From positions 2,048,001-2,112,000 of the forward strand of contig CBDCWG010000012.1 in NCBI GenBank assembly GCA_965223345.1: a stretch of DNA of 64,000 nucleotides. The letters are read 5' to 3'. The DNA comes from Nitrospinales bacterium. GTDB lineage: Bacteria > Nitrospinota > Nitrospinia > Nitrospinales > VA-1. A program made the position numbers and the translations under genes. Numbering within the stretch: the stretch's first letter is position 1; every line of letters starts with the position of its first letter. The notes beneath the pieces were generated by a model. That model saw nothing but the letters and a program-made list of their open reading frames with translations, was not told the DNA's origin and did not search any database. Shown here in pieces: positions 47,177 to 56,640 of the stretch.

Positions 47177-47758
47177 GTGCGGGTGATCGCGGGAAAAGCC
47201 AGGGGGACGCGGCTTTTGAGCCTCAAGGGCGCGGACGTGCGGCCCACGCTGGACCGGGTGAAGGAATCGTTTTTCAACATCGTCGGGCCGGATCTCACCG
47301 GACAGCGGTTTCTCGACGGGTTCGCCGGCACGGGGTCGATCGGCATCGAAGCGCTCAGCCGCGGCGCGGACCGCGTGGTGTTCGTGGAAAAGCAGGGGCA
47401 GGCCCAGAGGCTGATTCTGTCCAACCTGGAAAAGTGCCATTTCGGGCGTGACGCGGCAACCGGAGAAGCGGAAAAATGGGCGCTGTTGAAAAAGGATTTG
47501 TTTCACGCCCTGCCTCTGTTGGCGCAGCAGGACATGCGGTTCGACATTGTGTATCTGGATCCGCCTTTTGCGGACGACTGTTACGAGCGCTGCCTGCTCG
47601 CCCTTGCGGAATCGCCCATTGTGACTGATTCCACCCAGGTGGTGGTCGAGCATTTCCGCAAAACGGAACTCAAACAAAAGTATGCTACACTGGTCCGCAC
47701 TCGTGAAAGGCGCGTGGGAGACTCGGTCCTGTCCTTTTTCGGCCGGGAAACGGCCTGA
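47177..47758 (+). CDS. rsmD: 16S rRNA m2G966 methyltransferase RsmD
   Basis: MRVIAG, RPTLDRVKES.FN, DGFAGTGSIGIEALSRGA, LDPPF. Confidence 0.95.
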   Translation: MRVIAGKARGTRLLSLKGADVRPTLDRVKESFFNIVGPDLTGQRFLDGFAGTGSIGIEALSRGADRVVFVEKQGQAQRLILSNLEKCHFGRDAATGEAEKWALLKKDLFHALPLLAQQDMRFDIVYLDPPFADDCYERCLLALAESPIVTDSTQVVVEHFRKTELKQKYATLVRTRERRVGDSVLSFFGRETA

Positions 47759-47805
47759 ATGGCGCGGCCTTTTCAGGAACTTCAAATTTGGATGAATTTT
47801 CGCTG

Positions 47806-48897
47806 ATGATGCAGCCGGCAACGCAAAATAAGGATAAGCTCGTCATCGCCATGAGCGGTGGGGTGGACAGCTCCGTCGCGGCGGCCCTGCTCAAGCAGCA
47901 GGGTCACGACGTCGTCGGCATTTCGCTGCAGCTCTGGAACTACAGCTCGGAGACCGACGACCGGTTCGGCACCTGCTGCTCGCTCGACGATCTCGCCGAT
48001 GCGCGGCGGGTGGCGGACAAGATCGGCATTCCTTTTTACATCCTCAATCTGGAGAAGGAATTCCGTGCTCAGGTGGTGGACACCTTCGTTTCCGAATACC
48101 TCAAGGGGCGCACGCCGATTCCCTGCACGCTGTGCAATCAGAAGCTGAAGTTCGACGAGCTGTTGCAGCGCGCGGCGGCGTTCGGTTTCCAGCGTGTGGC
48201 GACCGGGCACTACGCGTCGATCGTGCGCGACGATTCGGGCCGGCTGACGGTGCGCCGGGGCCGGGACCGCAACAAGGACCAGAGTTATTTTCTGTTCAGC
48301 CTGTCGCAGGAGCAGCTCGCAAGATTGCATTTTCCGCTGGGGGATCTGGACAAGCAGGCGGTGCGCGATCTGGCGCACTCTTTGGATCTGAATGTCGCCG
48401 CTAAGGACGAGTCGCACGAAATCTGTTTCATCCCCGACAACAACTACGCGAACTTCATCGCGAAGGAAGTGGAAGAGGGCGCTTTCAAAGAGGGCGCTGT
48501 GGTAGACTCGGCGGGCAGGACGCTGGGCACGCACCGCGGCTATCCCGCCTTCACGGTGGGCCAGCGCAAGGGGCTCAACCTGGGCGGGTTGAAGGAACCG
48601 TATTTCGTGACGAAGATCGATGCGCAAAAAAACCAGATCACGGCGGGACCGAAGCGGGAACTTTACCGCGGTGAACTGTTCGCGGACGGCGTCAACTGGT
48701 GCCTGAATCCCGAGAGCCCGTTCGAGGCCGACGTGCAGATCCGCTACCGCCACCGCGGTGCGGCGGCGCGCGTGACGCCGCTCGATAATGGGCGGGCCCG
48801 GGTCGAGTTTGCCGAGCCGCAGATGGCCGTGGCGCCGGGGCAGGCGGCGGTGTTCTACCGCGGGGACTGCGTGGTCGGCGGGGGCTGGATTGAATGA
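47806..48897 (+). CDS. mnmA: tRNA 2-thiouridylase MnmA
   Basis: AMSGGVDSS, TP.PC..CN, ATGHY, KDQSYFL, ICF, TVGQRKGL, PGQAAVFY. Confidence 0.96.
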   Translation: MMQPATQNKDKLVIAMSGGVDSSVAAALLKQQGHDVVGISLQLWNYSSETDDRFGTCCSLDDLADARRVADKIGIPFYILNLEKEFRAQVVDTFVSEYLKGRTPIPCTLCNQKLKFDELLQRAAAFGFQRVATGHYASIVRDDSGRLTVRRGRDRNKDQSYFLFSLSQEQLARLHFPLGDLDKQAVRDLAHSLDLNVAAKDESHEICFIPDNNYANFIAKEVEEGAFKEGAVVDSAGRTLGTHRGYPAFTVGQRKGLNLGGLKEPYFVTKIDAQKNQITAGPKRELYRGELFADGVNWCLNPESPFEADVQIRYRHRGAAARVTPLDNGRARVEFAEPQMAVAPGQAAVFYRGDCVVGGGWIE

Positions 48898-49703
48898 AGG
48901 ATGCGGTGGACGTTGCGGTGGAAGCGGCGCTCGCCGCAGGCCGCATCCAGAGCGAGCGCAGCGGGGACATCGGAAAAATCGAGTTTAAAGGCAAGTTCGA
49001 CCTGGTCACCGAGGTGGACACGCTGTGTGAGCAGGAAGTGATCCGCATCATCCGCAAGCGTTTCCCCGATCACGAATTTCTCGCCGAAGAATCCGGAGCC
49101 AGCGCAGGCAGCCCCTCACCCAGCAAATGGATCATCGATCCGCTGGACGGCACCATCAACTACGCGCACGGGTTTCCCTTCTATTGTGTGTCCATCGGCC
49201 TGGAGCACGAAGGGGAGGTGATCGTCGGCGTGGTGTACAGCCCGCGCATGGACGAGCTGTTCGTGGCCGAAAAAGGCAAAGGCGCGACGATCAACGGCGA
49301 GCCCATCTCCGTTTCGACGATTCCCGAACTCAAGGACAGCCTGCTCGTCACCGGGTTCACGCCGCAGGTGGCGCACTCGACGAACAACAACCTCGATCAT
49401 TTCAGCCATTTCATGAGAGCCTGCCAGGCGCTGCGGCGGCCGGGTTCCGCGGCGATGGATTTGTGCTACACGGCGATGGGGCGCTTCGAAGGATTCTGGG
49501 AGATGCGGCTGCATCCCTGGGATGTGGCGGCGGGCAAGCTGATCGTCGAAGAGGCGGGCGGCACCGTCACCCGCATGAACGGCGAACCGGTGTCGGTCTA
49601 CGACCGCGAGATCCTGGCCAGCAACGGCCTCGTGCATCCGGAGATGGTGCGGGTGTTTGTGACCGGCGGGGCGGACGAAAAGCGCAACGATCCGGCGGCG
49701 TGA
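48894..49703 (+). CDS. suhB: Inositol monophosphatase SuhB
   Basis: LVTEVD, WIIDPLDGTINY, GSAAMDL, WDVAAG. Confidence 0.92.
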   Translation: MKDAVDVAVEAALAAGRIQSERSGDIGKIEFKGKFDLVTEVDTLCEQEVIRIIRKRFPDHEFLAEESGASAGSPSPSKWIIDPLDGTINYAHGFPFYCVSIGLEHEGEVIVGVVYSPRMDELFVAEKGKGATINGEPISVSTIPELKDSLLVTGFTPQVAHSTNNNLDHFSHFMRACQALRRPGSAAMDLCYTAMGRFEGFWEMRLHPWDVAAGKLIVEEAGGTVTRMNGEPVSVYDREILASNGLVHPEMVRVFVTGGADEKRNDPAA

Positions 49704-49739
49704 ACTTCATTTGTGAAATCCATTCGTTGAGGTGACATC

Positions 49740-50750
49740 ATGACGCAAACCGTGCAGGCATACGCCGCGCAAGAGGTGAAGGGCAGGCTGGAGCCGTTCG
49801 AATACACATTGCCGGAACTGGGGCCGGAGCAGGTCGATGTGAAGGTGGCCTATTGCGGCGTGTGCCATTCCGATCTCAGCATGTTGAACAATGACTGGGG
49901 CATGACCGCATTCCCGTTCGTGCCGGGGCATGAGGTCGTGGGCACGGTGGCGGCGAAAGGCGAGCGCGTGCGCGGTCTGGAAATCGGCGATTCCGTGGGG
50001 ATCGGCTGGTTTTCGCAGAGCTGCATGCACTGCGGCCAGTGCATGTCCGGCAACCACAATCTGTGCGCAACGAACGAGCAGACCATCGTCGGGCGGCACG
50101 GCGGTTTCGCCGACCGCGTGCGCTGCGATTCTGCCTGGGCGGTGCCTCTGCCCAAAGAACTGGACCTGTCCAGATGCGGGCCGCTGTTCTGCGGCGGCAT
50201 CACCGTGTTCAACCCGATCGTGCAGGCGGGAATTCAGCCGACCGACCGCGTCGGCGTCGTCGGCATCGGCGGGCTGGGGCATCTTGCGTTGCAGTTTCTC
50301 AACAAATGGGGCTGCGAGGTCACGGCGTTCACCTCCTCGCCCGACAAGGCGGCGGAGGCGAAGCGGCTCGGCGCGCACCACATCGTCAACTCCCGCGACG
50401 ATAAAGAAATGGCGACGATCGCCGGTTCGCTCGATTTTGTTTTGAACACGACCAACGTGAACCTCAACTGGGAAAGCTACTTCAACGCGCTCGGCCCGAA
50501 AGGCCGCTTCCACACGGTGGGTGTGATCCCGGACCCGATCCCCGTGCCCTCGTTTCCCATCATGGCGATGCAGAAATCGATTTCCGGGAGCCCCTTGGGC
50601 AGTCCCGCCGTCACCCGGAAGATGCTGGAGTTCTGCGCCCGCCACGACATCGCGCCGGTGACGGAAGAATTTGCGCTGAAGGATGTGAACGATGCGTTCG
50701 AACACCTGGAAGCCGGCAAGGCGCGCTTCCGTCTGGTCCTCAAGGTTTGA
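49740..50750 (+). CDS. Zn-dependent NAD(P) alcohol dehydrogenase / aldehyde reductase (Ahr/CAD-like)
   Basis: CGVCHSD, PGHEVVG, CxxCxxC..C, GIGGLGH, ARFRLVL. Confidence 0.92.
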   Translation: MTQTVQAYAAQEVKGRLEPFEYTLPELGPEQVDVKVAYCGVCHSDLSMLNNDWGMTAFPFVPGHEVVGTVAAKGERVRGLEIGDSVGIGWFSQSCMHCGQCMSGNHNLCATNEQTIVGRHGGFADRVRCDSAWAVPLPKELDLSRCGPLFCGGITVFNPIVQAGIQPTDRVGVVGIGGLGHLALQFLNKWGCEVTAFTSSPDKAAEAKRLGAHHIVNSRDDKEMATIAGSLDFVLNTTNVNLNWESYFNALGPKGRFHTVGVIPDPIPVPSFPIMAMQKSISGSPLGSPAVTRKMLEFCARHDIAPVTEEFALKDVNDAFEHLEAGKARFRLVLKV

Positions 50751-51008
50751 GTTTCGTTCGCAAGTGATTGTTTGGCCCCGGTTTCATCCCTCCTCAATTC
50801 TCTTTTTCTTATCCAACCCTGTTGAAAAGCGGTTTGTTCGTCCTTCCTATATTTTTTCGCGATAAGATACTTTTAACATAAAAAACTTTTAAAAGTGTTT
50901 TTAGTGTGTTAAGTTCAGGCATGTTGCTGGATCATGCGGGGGCTTTGTTACCCGCTGTGAGAAAAACTCATTGAAATTATGTGTTTTAAAATTCAGGAGG
51001 TGCACATC

Positions 51009-51557
51009 ATGCCGTCGTTCAGAGTTATTAAAAAAATGGGAGTTTCCCTGATCTGCCTGTCCATAATTGCCTGTGTGGGGGCTTCCGGAGCTTCCGGACC
51101 GAAAGAGGGAGGTTTGACCGACGCCAACATCGCGGCGATCGTGGTCGGGGCCAACAAAATCGATATTTCCGCAGGCAACATCGCTCTGGACCGTTCGGCG
51201 AATCCGGAAATCAAGGAATTCGCGCAGCGCATGGTCACGGATCATCAGTCGGTTCTGGACTCCGCGGTGCAACTGGTCACACGCCTGGGCGTCACGCCGG
51301 TGAACAACGACCTGGTTCACGCCCTGTCCAAACAGTCCGCAGAGCACGAAGCGAAACTCAAAACCTTGAGCGGGGCGGCGTTCGACAAGGCTTACATCGA
51401 TCATGAGGTGGCGTATCATGAAGCGGTGATCGATGTGGTGAAAAACCAGTTGATTCCGGGTGCGCAGAATGACGAGTTGAAGGAAACGCTCATTTCCGTG
51501 GCGCCGGCGTTCGATGCGCATCTCGCGCACGCCAGGATGGTTCAGAGCAAACTGTAA
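51009..51557 (+). CDS. Exported DUF4142 (ferritin-like) protein
   Basis: LTDANIA, FAQRMVTDH, LSGAAFDKAYIDHEVAYH, AHLAHA. SD AGGAGG. Confidence 0.85.
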   Translation: MPSFRVIKKMGVSLICLSIIACVGASGASGPKEGGLTDANIAAIVVGANKIDISAGNIALDRSANPEIKEFAQRMVTDHQSVLDSAVQLVTRLGVTPVNNDLVHALSKQSAEHEAKLKTLSGAAFDKAYIDHEVAYHEAVIDVVKNQLIPGAQNDELKETLISVAPAFDAHLAHARMVQSKL

Positions 51558-51560
51558 ACG

Positions 51561-51935
51561 ATGGGACACAATCGAGGGGTGGCTCGAATCGTCGGGTCAC
51601 CCCGTTTCATTCTAATATCCCTGTTTCTTTTTGCGGGTTGTGTGCAAGGGGAAGCGATCAACAAGACCGAAGCCACTGCTTCGCAAACGCATGTGGTGGA
51701 GATCCGCAAGTTCCGGTTTCAGCCGCATACGCTGGAGGTGCGTTCGGGGGACACCATTCGATGGGTCAACAAGGACATCGTGCCGCACCGAATCGCACAC
51801 AAGACGCGCAGGCAATGGGAGTCTCTGGATTTGAAGCGGGGGGATTCGTTCCGGCAACGGATTCTGGTTTCGACCGGCTACGTCTGTGCGCTGCATCCAA
51901 CCATGCGGGGTAACATCATTGTGAAAGACGAGTGA
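51561..51935 (+). CDS. Type I copper cupredoxin (amicyanin/plastocyanin-like), probable lipoprotein
   Basis: FAGC lipobox-like, F.P..L.V..GDT..W.N.D..PH, CALHPTM ligand loop. Confidence 0.85.
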   Translation: MGHNRGVARIVGSPRFILISLFLFAGCVQGEAINKTEATASQTHVVEIRKFRFQPHTLEVRSGDTIRWVNKDIVPHRIAHKTRRQWESLDLKRGDSFRQRILVSTGYVCALHPTMRGNIIVKDE

Positions 51936-51971
51936 ATCTTTCGCAGAAACCAGCCTGGTTGATTATTCGAT

Positions 51972-52619
51972 TTACCGGGTGCGTTCGGTTGACTTGATCC
52001 GGAACCGGCAGACCTCACCGCCCTCCCGCACCATGCATTCCTCGTGCAGGATTTCCTTGTCCAGGAGCGTTTCCAGCAGCGCGGTGTCCAACTGGCAGAC
52101 TTCCTCCATTTCCTGGGCGAGATGGTGGTAGATGCAGTTGTGCGCTGTGATCACCGGCAGGTCTTTGCCGTTCTCGGTGGGTGCTTCGGCTTTGTATCCC
52201 AATTCCTGCATGATGTTGGCGACCTCCCGGATCTTGTCCGCAAGGGGCAGCCCCTGAAGCCGGGACTTGATCCCCTGGGCCAGGTTGCGCCCGATTTCGC
52301 GCATTTTCGCTTCCAGTCCAGCAGTCCCCAGTTCCGATTTCATGGATTTGAGCAGCAGCTCGGAGAACCAGGAATACTGTTTGGGGAACAGGTCGATGCC
52401 CTTTTCACTGAGAACGAACACCTGTCCCGGGCGGCCGCCCGTGGTGGTCAGGCTGCCTTTCTCGACGTAGCCCGCCTGTTCGAGGGACAACGCGTGCTGC
52501 TGAACGGCGGTGCGCGTGATGCCCAACTCCCTGGAAAGCTCGTCGATCGTCAGCCCTTTCTTGTGCAGGAGCAAGGTTTCCAGAAATTCGTGCTGACGGT
52601 TGCCAAAGCCGTAAAACAT
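51972..52619 (-). CDS. wHTH transcriptional regulator with Cys-containing C-terminal domain (SufR-like)
   Basis: TIDELSRELGITRTAVQQH, GGRP, FPKQY, HNCIY..VCQLD..EC..VCRF. Confidence 0.8.
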   Translation of the reverse strand: MFYGFGNRQHEFLETLLLHKKGLTIDELSRELGITRTAVQQHALSLEQAGYVEKGSLTTTGGRPGQVFVLSEKGIDLFPKQYSWFSELLLKSMKSELGTAGLEAKMREIGRNLAQGIKSRLQGLPLADKIREVANIMQELGYKAEAPTENGKDLPVITAHNCIYHHLAQEMEEVCQLDTALLETLLDKEILHEECMVREGGEVCRFRIKSTERTR

Positions 52620-52914
52620 ACTCACCTCATCATGATCAAAACCGGTTGCAGACTCTCATGATACCAGTAAATCCGGCCGGTTTCCCAATAATGCGGTTGC
52701 GCCGGGCGGCGAGGCAAGGCAGGTCTGGATTTTGCCCCCTTTTTCAGGAATTTTCGCGCTGCACGCGAATCACATATTCCCCGCAGTCTTTCACTTTCGT
52801 ATTCCGGAAGAACTTGAACGGCCCTCCCGCCCGCGGTAAGCTGAAACTTCAACGCAAAACACCCCATTTCCCTGCGAAGTCTTTTCTTCTAATCCCCATC
52901 CCACGGGAGGTATC

Positions 52915-53634
52915 ATGGCAAACAAAAACCACTCCGGCAACTTCACTCTGGGTCTGTTCCTGTTTCTGGGGCTCGCGGTTCTGGGCTACCAGCTCGGCGA
53001 CAGCGCCATCCGCTTCAAGGAGTACGAGCGCACGGTGCGCGTGAAAGGGCTCTCCGAGAAGGAATACCCCGCCGACATCGTGCTGTGGCCCATCGTGTTC
53101 ACAGAAGCGGGCAACGACCTGTCCAACCTGTATGCCTCTCTCGAGAAGAACGCCGGAAAAATCCGTAAGTTTCTCAAGGATGCCGGCATCGAGGATGCGG
53201 AGATCACCGTGTCGCCGCCTTCCATCACGGACAAGCTGGCGCAGCAGTACGGCAATACCCAGAAGGCGAAGTTTCGCTACACCGCCATCCAGGCCATCAC
53301 CGTATATACAAAAAAAGTGGAGCCGGTGCGCGGCATCATCAACCGGCTGGCGGAACTGGGCAAGCAGGGCATCGTGTTCACCGAAGGCGGTTACCGCAAC
53401 ACGACCGAGTACATCTTCACGCAACTGAACACGGTCAAGCCCGCGATGGTGGAGGAAGCCACCAACAAGGCGCGCGAGGTGGCGGAAAAATTCGCACAGG
53501 ATTCCAACAGCACGCTCGGCAAGATCAAGCGCGCCACGCAGGGCCAGTTTTCCATCTCGCCGCGCGACCGGCACAACCCGCACATCAAGAAAATCCGCGT
53601 GGTCTCCACCGTGGAATATTATCTGTCCGATTGA
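52915..53634 (+). CDS. SIMPL (DUF541) domain protein
   Basis: RTVRVKGLSE, KP.M..EAT..AR..AEKFA.DS, LGKIKRATQGQFSI, KKIRVVSTVEY. Confidence 0.9.
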   Translation: MANKNHSGNFTLGLFLFLGLAVLGYQLGDSAIRFKEYERTVRVKGLSEKEYPADIVLWPIVFTEAGNDLSNLYASLEKNAGKIRKFLKDAGIEDAEITVSPPSITDKLAQQYGNTQKAKFRYTAIQAITVYTKKVEPVRGIINRLAELGKQGIVFTEGGYRNTTEYIFTQLNTVKPAMVEEATNKAREVAEKFAQDSNSTLGKIKRATQGQFSISPRDRHNPHIKKIRVVSTVEYYLSD

Positions 53635-53643
53635 ACCCTGATT

Positions 53644-54474
53644 TTAATTGAATGAATCCCCGGCGCCGCCGGATTCGGGAGCGATTCGGTATTCGCTGCC
53701 GGGCAGGGCGGGGGCGGCTTTGAGCGGCTGCGCGTCCAGGGCTTCGTGGGCGTGCGAGTGGTTGTCCGCGGGGAAGCCGAACTCGTCCGGGTTTTGTGTG
53801 TGCAGGTAGCCGTGCATCTGCATCAGAAACAATAAAGCGCCCGCCAGGATGAGGCCGTTGTTGGAGACGGAGGTGAACTGCAGAAATGATTTCGTGCGGC
53901 GGAAGCGATAGAGCAGGGCCACCATGACGCAAAGCGCGGCGATCTGTCCCAGCTCGATTCCCAGGTTGAACGAGAGGATGCGCAGCACGATGCCCTCATC
54001 CCCGAGCGGCAGCTGCTGCAGGCGCGTGGACAGGCCGAACCCGTGGATGAAGCCGAGCAGGAAAATCGCCGCCAGCAGGTTGGGGGCTTTTTCGAAATAT
54101 TTTTTGAAACCGCCGAGATTCTCGAAGCCGATGTAGCAGACGCTGAGCGCAATGATGGCGTCGATGAGAAAGTAGTTGGCCGTGATCCCCATGAGGGTGG
54201 CGGCGATGAGGGTGATGCTGTGGCCGATGGTGAAAGCGGTGATGTATTTGACGATGTCCCAGAAGGTGGTGAGAAAGAACACGATGCCGAACACGAACAA
54301 CAGGTGGTCGAAGCCGGTCAGCATGTGGGTGGCCCCGAGCCAGATGTACTGGGCGTAGCCGCCTTCGAGCATGGCCTGTTTCTGGGCTTCGGTCATGCCG
54401 TGGGCGAACGCCGATTGCGCTGATAACAATAACAGCGCTGCGCCGATAAACCTGCAAAGGGTTTTGGGTTTCAT
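53644..54474 (-). CDS. HupE/UreJ-like membrane protein
   Basis: HMLTGFDHLLF, AFTIGHSITL, GFIHGFG, FNLGIELGQ, His-containing tail. Confidence 0.88.
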   Translation of the reverse strand: MKPKTLCRFIGAALLLLSAQSAFAHGMTEAQKQAMLEGGYAQYIWLGATHMLTGFDHLLFVFGIVFFLTTFWDIVKYITAFTIGHSITLIAATLMGITANYFLIDAIIALSVCYIGFENLGGFKKYFEKAPNLLAAIFLLGFIHGFGLSTRLQQLPLGDEGIVLRILSFNLGIELGQIAALCVMVALLYRFRRTKSFLQFTSVSNNGLILAGALLFLMQMHGYLHTQNPDEFGFPADNHSHAHEALDAQPLKAAPALPGSEYRIAPESGGAGDSFN

Positions 54475-54514
54475 GGCATTCGCCTAAAGTTGTTCGTGAG
54501 TCTGTTTGGGAGCG

Positions 54515-56437
54515 TTATTCCCCCTTGTTCGCGGGGTTGCTGATGAGATAGGTGTAGCCGTTGAGCCCTTCTTTATAGAGTTTGAGAAAATCGTCGGCTT
54601 CCTGCTGGGTGACCGTGCCGTCCTTGACGCAGCCGATGAGAAAGCCCGCGATGCGTCCCGCCAGTTCGTCCGCGCGAAACTGCACGTAATCGAGCACGTC
54701 GGTGACGGCCTCGCCTTCGATGACCTGCTCGTAGTTCAGGCTGCCGTCTTCCTGGATGGACACGTGAATCGTGTTGGTGTCGCCGAACAGGTTGTGCAGA
54801 TCGCCGAGGATTTCCTGGTACGCGCCGAGCAAAAAAATCCCCAATTGATACGGCTCGCCCGGTTCCAGCGGGTGCACCTTGAGGGATTTTTCCGTGCCGC
54901 GCTGGTTGCCGATGAACAGGTCGATGCGTCCGTCGGAATCGCAGGTGATGTCCTCCAGGGTCGCGGCGCGCGTCGGCTCTTCGTTGAGGCGCTGGATCGG
55001 CACCACAGGAAACACGTGGTCGATGGCCCAGGAGTCGGGCACGGACTGAAATACGGAGAAGTTGCAGAAATATTTGTCGGACAGGTTGTCCTTGAGGGCC
55101 TTGATCTCATCGGGCAGAAACTTGAGCCGGGTCGCCAGCTTTTCGATCTTGCGGCTGATGCCCCAGAAGATGCGCTCCACGAGAGCGCGGTTTTCCAGCG
55201 AGATCATGCCCAGCAGGAACTGGCTCTGGGCTTCCTCTTTCAAGTGCACGGCGTCGTGCCAGGATTCGGTCAGGTTTTTGTTCGAGGTGTGGTTGAGCAC
55301 GTCGTGGATTTCGTGCACGACGTCCGGAACGTCCTCGCCGATTTCGATCGTGTCCTTCCATTCCGGAAACGAGGTGACGTCCAGCACGTTGACCACCAGC
55401 AGGGAATGGTAGGCGGTCATCGCGCGCCCCGATTCGGAGATGATGTTGGGATGCGGCAGGTTCTCGTCCTCGCAGATCTCCAGCAGGTGGTAGACCACGT
55501 CGTTGGCGTATTCCTGCACGGTGTAGTTGGTGCTGGAATGAAAGGTGGAGTGCGAGCCGTCGTAATCGACGCCCAGCCCGCCGCCCACGTCGATGTACTG
55601 GATGTTGCAGCCTTCGCGCATCAGCTCCGAGTAGTAGCGCCCGACTTCCTTAAGGCTGTTTTTGATGCGGCGGATGTTGGTGATCTGGCTGCCCAGGTGA
55701 AAGTGGATGAGCTGGATGCAGTCCAGGATCTCGTGTTTGCGCGCGATCCCGAGCGCGTCCACCAGTTCCATCGGGTTGAGGCCGAATTTGGAGTATTCGC
55801 CGCCGGACAACGCCCAGCGGCCCGATCCCGCGCTGACCAGTTTGATCCGCAGGCCGATGTTGGGGCGCACGCCCACTTCCTTGGCGACTTTCGCGATCAG
55901 TTCCAGCTCGTCGAGTTTTTCCACGACGATGAACACGCGCTTGCCCAGTTTCTGGCCCATGAGGGCGAGCCGGATGAAGGGTTCGTCCTTGTAGCCGTTG
56001 CAGATCAGAAGGGCTTCCGGGTTGTCCATGATGGCGAGGATGGCGTGCAGCTCCGGCTTGGACCCGGCTTCCAGGCCGATGTTGTAGGGCCGGCCGAACT
56101 TCACGATCTCTTCGACCACCTGCCGCTGCTGGTTCACCTTGATCGGGTAGACGCCGTGGTACTGGCCCTTGTAGTGGTATTCCTCGATGGCGTTCTGGAA
56201 AACGGTGGTCAGGCGGTGGATGCTGGAGCGCAGAATATCGGAGAACCTGAGAAGGACGGGCAGCGAGTAGCCTTTGGACTGGATGTCGTCCACCAGTTCC
56301 TTGAGGTCGATGGCGTGCTTGCTCTGGCGGTTGGGCTGCACGACCATGTGGCCTTTGCTGTTGACGTCAAAATAGCCGGCGCCCCAGCCATAGATGTTAT
56401 AATGTTCCCTTGATTCTTCGATCGTCCATTTCCGCAT
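54515..56437 (-). CDS. speA: Biosynthetic arginine decarboxylase
   Basis: VYPIKVNQ, GLEAGSKPEL, HFHLGSQI, DVGGGLGVDYDG, ESGRA, NFSVFQS.PD.W, TCDSDG, GAYQEILGDLHNLFG. Confidence 0.97.
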   Translation of the reverse strand: MRKWTIEESREHYNIYGWGAGYFDVNSKGHMVVQPNRQSKHAIDLKELVDDIQSKGYSLPVLLRFSDILRSSIHRLTTVFQNAIEEYHYKGQYHGVYPIKVNQQRQVVEEIVKFGRPYNIGLEAGSKPELHAILAIMDNPEALLICNGYKDEPFIRLALMGQKLGKRVFIVVEKLDELELIAKVAKEVGVRPNIGLRIKLVSAGSGRWALSGGEYSKFGLNPMELVDALGIARKHEILDCIQLIHFHLGSQITNIRRIKNSLKEVGRYYSELMREGCNIQYIDVGGGLGVDYDGSHSTFHSSTNYTVQEYANDVVYHLLEICEDENLPHPNIISESGRAMTAYHSLLVVNVLDVTSFPEWKDTIEIGEDVPDVVHEIHDVLNHTSNKNLTESWHDAVHLKEEAQSQFLLGMISLENRALVERIFWGISRKIEKLATRLKFLPDEIKALKDNLSDKYFCNFSVFQSVPDSWAIDHVFPVVPIQRLNEEPTRAATLEDITCDSDGRIDLFIGNQRGTEKSLKVHPLEPGEPYQLGIFLLGAYQEILGDLHNLFGDTNTIHVSIQEDGSLNYEQVIEGEAVTDVLDYVQFRADELAGRIAGFLIGCVKDGTVTQQEADDFLKLYKEGLNGYTYLISNPANKGE

Positions 56438-56640
56438 TTTCGGGCTCCGTCGGCGGCTGCTTCCAGGGCATTCCGGGGGAAGGTCGCCTGAGTTTCAGGA
56501 ATCATTAAAATCAGCGAAATCACGTTAAAAGTCAAACAAAAACCAGCGGGGGTGCAAGGCTGCGTCGCACCCCTTAAGAAACCTGCCGCGCCGGGGAATC
56601 ACGTCCTTGAAAACACGCGGTTTTGTGGAGAAAACGGAAT

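Noticed and set aside
56438..56640. Lysine riboswitch between speA and lysA
   Set aside because: No recognisable L-box consensus; the short region must also hold two divergent promoters.
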